Under the pieces are notes generated by a model. That model ran no database searches and had not been told where the DNA came from. It worked only from the letters and a program-made list of their open reading frames with translations. From Planctomycetes bacterium ADurb.Bin069 (GTDB taxonomy: Bacteria; Planctomycetota; UBA8108; UBA8890; UBA8898): a stretch of 64,000 bases of DNA. The position numbers and the translations under genes were made by a program. Where the stretch lies: contig MWEK01000005.1 of NCBI GenBank assembly GCA_002070955.1, positions 82,128-146,127 of the forward strand, read 5' to 3'. This document shows positions 59,740 to 64,000 of the stretch, piece after piece. How positions within the stretch are numbered: position 1 is the stretch's first letter; each line of letters begins with the position of its first letter.

Positions 59740-60747
59740 GTGCGCGCCGCGGATGCCGCGCCGTTGCCCCTGCGTCCCTTGTTCATGGAGCGCCTGTGGG
59801 GCGGAAGCGCCCTTGCCGCGCGCTTCGGCAAGCACCCGCCCCAGAGCGGTCCCATCGGCGAATCGTGGGAAGCCGCGGACTTCGAGGGACACGTGTCCGA
59901 GGTGGCGCGCGGCGCGCATGCGGGCAAGTCGCTGCGCGAGCTCGCGGCGCAACACGGCGGGGGGCTTTACGGCGGCGCGGCCCTGCCGGACGGCCGCATG
60001 CCGCTTCTCTTCAAGTTGATCGACGCGGCGCGGGACCTCTCGGTGCAGGTTCACCCGCGCGATGAGGATGCGGCGCCGGGCTCCGGCGCGCGGGGCAAGG
60101 AGGAGGCGTGGTACGTGCTCGCGGCGGCGCCGGGCGCCAGAATAGTGCACGGCCTGGCGCCGGGCGTGGGAAACGACGAGTTCTACCGCGCCGTCGCGGC
60201 GGGCGCCGCCGAGGCGCACCTGGCGTGGCATCCCGTGAAGGCGGGGGAAGTGTACTATATCCCGGCGGGCACCATCCACGCCATCGGCGCCGGGTTGCTT
60301 CTGGCGGAGATTCAGCAGAGCTCGGACACGACGTATCGCATTTATGACTGGGGCCGCAAGGGATTGGACGGCGCGCCGCGTCCGCTTCACATCGAGGAGG
60401 CGGCGCGGATTCCGGCGGCGCCGCGCGCGGCCTGTCCTTGGCCTCCGGCGGCGCGGGGCGCGGAGCCGGGCGCTCCCGACCTCCTCGTCGACGGCGGGCA
60501 CTTCCGCCTGTTGAGCTACGTCCTCGGCGGGGGCCTTCGCGCCGAGGGCAGGCTGTCGGATTCCTTCGCCATCCTGTTCACGGTGGACGGGGAGGCGGAG
60601 CTGCGCAACGCCTCGGGCGTCCACGGGCTTCTTCGCGGCGAGACGTGGCTCCTTCCCGCTTGGACCGGCGCGTGGTCCATTGTCGCGCGGGAACGGTGGC
60701 GGGCTTTGTGGATGGAGCCGGCGGCCGGAATGGGGCGCGCCCTTTGA
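59740..60747 (+). CDS. manA: Mannose-6-phosphate isomerase, class I (cupin)
   Basis: In-frame part of ORF 59410..60747(+). GTG 59740 with GGAGG 7 nt upstream. Motifs are ERLWGG, LLFKLIDAARDLSVQVHP, KEEAWYVL, IPAGTIHAIGAG and LAEIQQSSDTTYRIYDW. Confidence 0.8.
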   Translation: MRAADAAPLPLRPLFMERLWGGSALAARFGKHPPQSGPIGESWEAADFEGHVSEVARGAHAGKSLRELAAQHGGGLYGGAALPDGRMPLLFKLIDAARDLSVQVHPRDEDAAPGSGARGKEEAWYVLAAAPGARIVHGLAPGVGNDEFYRAVAAGAAEAHLAWHPVKAGEVYYIPAGTIHAIGAGLLLAEIQQSSDTTYRIYDWGRKGLDGAPRPLHIEEAARIPAAPRAACPWPPAARGAEPGAPDLLVDGGHFRLLSYVLGGGLRAEGRLSDSFAILFTVDGEAELRNASGVHGLLRGETWLLPAWTGAWSIVARERWRALWMEPAAGMGRAL

Positions 60748-60819
60748 GCTTGCAAAGCGCGGCCGCCCCATCTAAGCTCTACGGGTGTGGGGCGCCCGCG
60801 CGGGCGCACACGGATCGGC

Positions 60820-60896
60820 GGGCCCATAGCTCAGGTGGTTAGAGCAGCTGACTCATAATCAGCCGGTTCCAGGTTCGAGTCCTGGTGGGCCCACCA
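60820..60896 (+). tRNA. tRNA with CAT anticodon (elongator Met or lysidine-modified Ile2; not initiator), CCA encoded
   Basis: GGGCCCA-TA-GCTC-AGGTGGTTA-GAGC-A-GCTGA-CTCATAA-TCAGC-CGGTT-CCAGG-TTCGAGT-CCTGG-TGGGCCC-ACCA. The paired 1-72 position and the absence of a GGG/CCC anticodon stem argue against the initiator. Confidence 0.85.
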
Positions 60897-60904
60897 TAAA
60901 TATA

Positions 60905-60940
60905 AACGGTTGCGAGCTTTGTCAGTTGCAGCCGTTTTTG
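60905..60940 (+). terminator. Probable terminator after tRNA-CAT
   Basis: AACGGTTGC (60905-60913) pairs with GCAGCCGTT (60928-60936; one G.U) across a 14-nt loop, running into TTTTTG. Confidence 0.55.
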
Positions 60941-61469
60941 CTTCCACGCGAGAATCTCAAAGCTACGCTCCTGCCACGCTCGCAATGAGAAGCGAATTTT
61001 CATGGGATCAAAGAGCGTGGCTCACGGGGTAGGAAACTGCTCTTCGAGGGCGTGCAGCAGAACGCTCGACGTTTGCCGGGGCGGTGGCGCTCACCAGGTA
61101 CGGCGAACGTTCAGAACGGGTCGTCGTCTGCCGGCGCAGTTCGGGGCCGCAGCCGCTTCACCGCCCTCGCCCTGCCTGGTGTCGCGCCCGCCGCGAACCG
61201 CGCCAAGGGGGGCTCGGCCACTCCCCGCGCCCCGGGCTTGCTGGTAGAATGGCGCCTTGGCCGTCCGGTTTCACCGTGCCGGCGCCCAGGTGAAGAGAGC
61301 CCTGTTTCCCGGAAAGAGAGTCCGGAGCCGATGCGACCGCGGATCGGACGGAAGCGTCTCGCCGCCGGAAGCGGGGGGCGCGGCGGTGAGCGGGGCGGCG
61401 AGGTTCGACGCGCTCGGGGAATGCGGGGTGTGCCCGTCCCGGCCGCGCCCTTGAGGAGAAGACCGATCC

Positions 61470-62045
61470 GTGGAAGAGTTCCTGCAGTCCGGCCTTTTCA
61501 ACTGGGTGGTGCTGCCCGCCCTCATCTTCTGCGCCCGCGTCATCGACGTGAGCATGGGGACGGTGCGAATGATCCTCGTCACCCGAGGCATCCGGTGGCT
61601 GGCGCCCATGATCGGGTTCTTCGAGGTTATCCTGTGGCTCCTGGCCATGGGGCAGATCATGCTCAACCTCTCCAACCCCGCGTGCTACGTGGCTTTCGGG
61701 GCCGGCTATGCCACCGGAACTTACGTCGGCATGCTCATCGAGAGCCGGTTGAATATCGGGAAGGCCGTCATTGAGACGATTACCGCCAGGCCGGCCCAGG
61801 GCCTCGTGGATAAGCTCAGGCAGGCGAACTGCGGCGTAACCAGCTTCGACGCCCTGGGCGCCAACGGCCCGGTGAAGATCATCTTCAGCGTCATCGAACG
61901 ACGGGACATGGCGCGGGTGATCGCCCTGATCAAGGAGTTCGATCCCGCGGCGTTTTACACTATCAGCGACGTGAAACACGCCAGCGAAGGAGTCTTCCCG
62001 CAGCGGGAATCGGTGCTGGGGAAGCTCGCGCGCCTGGGGAAGTAG
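61470..62045 (+). CDS. UPF0316 family membrane protein with C-terminal DUF2179 domain
   Basis: ORF 61470..62045(+) with GTG start. It has three N-terminal TM helices, then GLVDKLRQANCGVTSFDALGANGPVKIIFSVIERRD...FYTISDVK, resembling the Bacillus YebE-type family. Confidence 0.75.
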   Translation: MEEFLQSGLFNWVVLPALIFCARVIDVSMGTVRMILVTRGIRWLAPMIGFFEVILWLLAMGQIMLNLSNPACYVAFGAGYATGTYVGMLIESRLNIGKAVIETITARPAQGLVDKLRQANCGVTSFDALGANGPVKIIFSVIERRDMARVIALIKEFDPAAFYTISDVKHASEGVFPQRESVLGKLARLGK

Positions 62046-62067
62046 CGCCCGCCAGTTCAGCTCTTCG

Positions 62068-64000
62068 TCACCGCTCGCAGTGCGCCCGCAGGTAGGCCTT
62101 CATGGCCGGGGCGCCGGCGGCTTCAAGCAGGGCCCGGCGGTGGCGCTCCTGGACGCAGAAACGGGAGATCGCCGCCAGAGTCGCAAGGTGCCCCTTCGGG
62201 TCGTCCGGGGGGCTGATCACGAAGAAGACGAGCCTAATGGGCTCGGCGGCATCGGGAAGAACGAGCCCTCGGGCAAGGCGCGCCGCGATGCAGACGCGGC
62301 GCCGCGCCGCGGCGTCGTAAATGTGAGGCAGCGCGACTCCTCCGCCCAGGTACGGCAGCAGCGCGTGGTTCTTCTGCCGGAGGTCGCCGGCAAGCTCTTG
62401 CTCCGAAATGCCGGGACACCGGCGCGCGGCGGCCGCGGCGAGCACCCCGCAGAGATCCTCCAGGCTGTCGGCGTGCACATCCAGAACGTCGCCGTTCTCC
62501 AGGCTCTGGGAAAGCAGGCCGCTGGCGCGCAACAGCACCGCGAGCTTCTCGTCGGGTCTCTGCCTGGCGCCGCCGTTTTCAGGCGTGGCCACGAGCAACT
62601 CCCTGCCGCGCCGGCGGAAGAGAGGCAACGCATCGGACAGCCCGGCCGCCTCGGCCGCCGGAACCACCAGGAGTTGGCTGTCGCCGGCGTCAAGCTCGCC
62701 CGCAATGACCGAGGGATAAGGCAGATCGGTTCCGAAGACGGCGCCCGCATAGTGGCGCGGCGACGCCGAGCCGCCGGGCTGCGGACTCCAGCGGAACACG
62801 TGCGAGGGGCCGAGAAGCTCGGCCCAATGCTGGCACAGAAGTTCGTTGAGCTCGGCGTTGTCCGTCAGGGCCAGCAGGTTGCCGATGGCCGGCACGCGAT
62901 CGTAGAGCTCCGCCAGATCGCTCTCGAGGGCATCGGCATGGAGCGCCTCCAGTCCCTGGTCGCGGGCTTCGCGCACATGGCGCTGGTTGGTGTCGATGAT
63001 CGCCGTGGGCACTTGAAACTCGCCGGCGAGCAGGCGCGCCAGATCGCAGCCGAACCGGTGGCCTCCCACGATCAGCCAGCCGGTGGGGTCCGGGCGGCGG
63101 AGCCCGAGCAACTGGGCCGCCGGGCTCGCGCTGATGCCCTGGAGGGTCACGGTGGCGATGATCACGCTATAGGTGAAAAGCTCGAACACTCGCGCCTGGG
63201 CAATATACCCCAGTTGCTCGGCCTGCAGCGCGAAGAGCGAAGCCATGGACGCCGCGACGACGCCCCGCGGCGCGATCCACGAAAGGAAGACCCGCTCGCG
63301 CCAGGTCAGGCCCGTCTTCCAGCCGCAGAGCAGGACGTTGACGGGCCGAACCACGACGATCGCCAAGGCGACGGCGGCGAGGCCGGGCAAGCCGAAATCC
63401 GCGACGCGCTCGAGGTTCAAACGCCCCGCTAAGAGCAGGAACAGGGTTCCTATGAGAAGCTCCGTGATCTCGGATTTGAACTTCTTGATCTCGTGGAGGT
63501 CGCCCGGCTGCTTCCACGCCAGGAACAAGCCCGCCACCGTCGCGGCCAGGAGGCCGGCCTCGGGGTAGAGGTACTCCGTGGCGCCGAAAACCAGCACGGC
63601 CGTCGCGAGCCAGAACACGTTGCGCAACTGTTCGGGCACCAGCCGCCGCGCGGCGAGGGCGTACATCAGAGCGCCCCCGGCGAACCCCAACGCCGTTCCC
63701 GTCAAGACGCGCAGAAAGAACGTGAAGAGCGCCTGCCCGGCCGCGTGCCGAATGACCCAATCGAAGCAAAGGATGGCGCACAGAACGCCGATGGGGTTGG
63801 TGAGGACGGCCTCCCAGTGGAGAATCCGGTGGAGGCGGGGCTGGAGCCGCGCGCGGCGCAGCAGCGGGATGATCACGGTGGGCGAGGTCACGATAACCAG
63901 GCTGCCGGCCAGAAGCGCGAAGGGCAGCTCGACGTCCAGGACCAGGCGGATGCACGCCGCGGCGCCGAACCAAGTGACCAGGACGCCCAGCGTCACCAGG
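62068..64000 (-). CDS. Cation:proton antiporter (CPA1, Na+/H+ exchanger) fused to TrkA-N/RCK and a C-terminal PTS EIIA(Ntr/Fru)-type domain; partial, 5' end beyond window
   Basis: ORF 62068..63996(-) stays open to the window end. It has multiple TM helices. The RCK region is WLIVGGHRFGCDLARLL. The EIIA-2-like region is LPYLGGGVALPHIYD...IRLVFFVISPPDDPKGHLATLAAISRF. Confidence 0.8.
   Translation of the reverse strand, partial: LVTLGVLVTWFGAAACIRLVLDVELPFALLAGSLVIVTSPTVIIPLLRRARLQPRLHRILHWEAVLTNPIGVLCAILCFDWVIRHAAGQALFTFFLRVLTGTALGFAGGALMYALAARRLVPEQLRNVFWLATAVLVFGATEYLYPEAGLLAATVAGLFLAWKQPGDLHEIKKFKSEITELLIGTLFLLLAGRLNLERVADFGLPGLAAVALAIVVVRPVNVLLCGWKTGLTWRERVFLSWIAPRGVVAASMASLFALQAEQLGYIAQARVFELFTYSVIIATVTLQGISASPAAQLLGLRRPDPTGWLIVGGHRFGCDLARLLAGEFQVPTAIIDTNQRHVREARDQGLEALHADALESDLAELYDRVPAIGNLLALTDNAELNELLCQHWAELLGPSHVFRWSPQPGGSASPRHYAGAVFGTDLPYPSVIAGELDAGDSQLLVVPAAEAAGLSDALPLFRRRGRELLVATPENGGARQRPDEKLAVLLRASGLLSQSLENGDVLDVHADSLEDLCGVLAAAAARRCPGISEQELAGDLRQKNHALLPYLGGGVALPHIYDAAARRRVCIAARLARGLVLPDAAEPIRLVFFVISPPDDPKGHLATLAAISRFCVQERHRRALLEAAGAPAMKAYLRAHCER

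Noticed and set aside
60897-61050. AT-richer patch right after tRNA-CAT as a possible integration site or att remnant of a genomic island
   Set aside because: There is no integrase, no direct repeat of the tRNA 3' end that I could find, and no mobility genes. The downstream genes look like ordinary chromosomal genes.
61086-61188. Long hairpin of ~100 nt considered as a small (4.5S-type) SRP RNA
   Set aside because: It lacks the conserved helix-8 features as I recall them (GGAA/GNRA tetraloop followed by AGCAGCC with the symmetric-loop A/G pattern). It is kept only as an unassigned structure.
1-64000. CRISPR arrays, IS elements, rRNA operons, RM/TA/defence cassettes
   Set aside because: Reading through the window I found no short direct-repeat/spacer periodicity, no transposase, integrase or Cas-like translations, and no rRNA-like conserved blocks. 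All periodic signals are explained by protein-domain repeats.

Overview
High-GC chromosomal window (roughly two-thirds G+C by eye, not computed), densely coding on both strands. It probably comes from a Gram-negative, PVC/planctomycete-like uncultured lineage. The hints are a Tat-signal Gfo/Idh/MocA oxidoreductase, an FGE-domain lipoprotein, a GxGYxYP-like protein, a prepilin-type pilin and several dockerin-tagged giant exoproteins. I support 42 protein genes, 5 tRNAs (Lys-CTT, Leu-TAG, Leu-TAA, Cys-GCA, Met/Ile2-CAT), several intrinsic terminators and some sigma70-like promoters. Housekeeping content includes hom, kdsB, queC, uvrC, trmB, apbE, manA, flgM, an M24B aminopeptidase, an MsbA-like ABC exporter and an ECF sigma/anti-sigma pair. 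I saw no rRNA, CRISPR array, transposase, integrase, restriction-modification, toxin-antitoxin or recognisable phage/defence genes, so I cannot point to a canonical mobile or immune system. Four things stand out. (1) Three giant secreted proteins (3677-8101, 33412-37080, 39553-43842) all end in a dockerin pair plus a Cys-containing tail. One of them is built from four copies of a ~250-aa module I do not recognise. A membrane-anchored array of about 11 carboxypeptidase-regulatory-like beta-sandwich domains (55547-58792) could be a surface scaffold for them; that link is speculative. (2) A translationally coupled ParB-like / spore-photoproduct-lyase-family radical SAM pair sits inside a Kdo/glycosyltransferase operon (13918-15851). 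(3) A 1389-aa P-loop-TPR-GAF-(degenerate GGDEF-like)-Fis-HTH regulator has a perfect 9-bp palindrome over its own putative promoter. (4) An orphan intrinsic terminator lies in a ~550-bp low-GC gap just upstream of yihY, suggesting an unannotated leader or sRNA. Because of the GC content the ORF track is full of long antisense shadow ORFs (up to 1110 aa). One real gene at the left edge (1-1151, minus) is missing from the track. All family calls are motif recognition by eye; none was verified by a database search.
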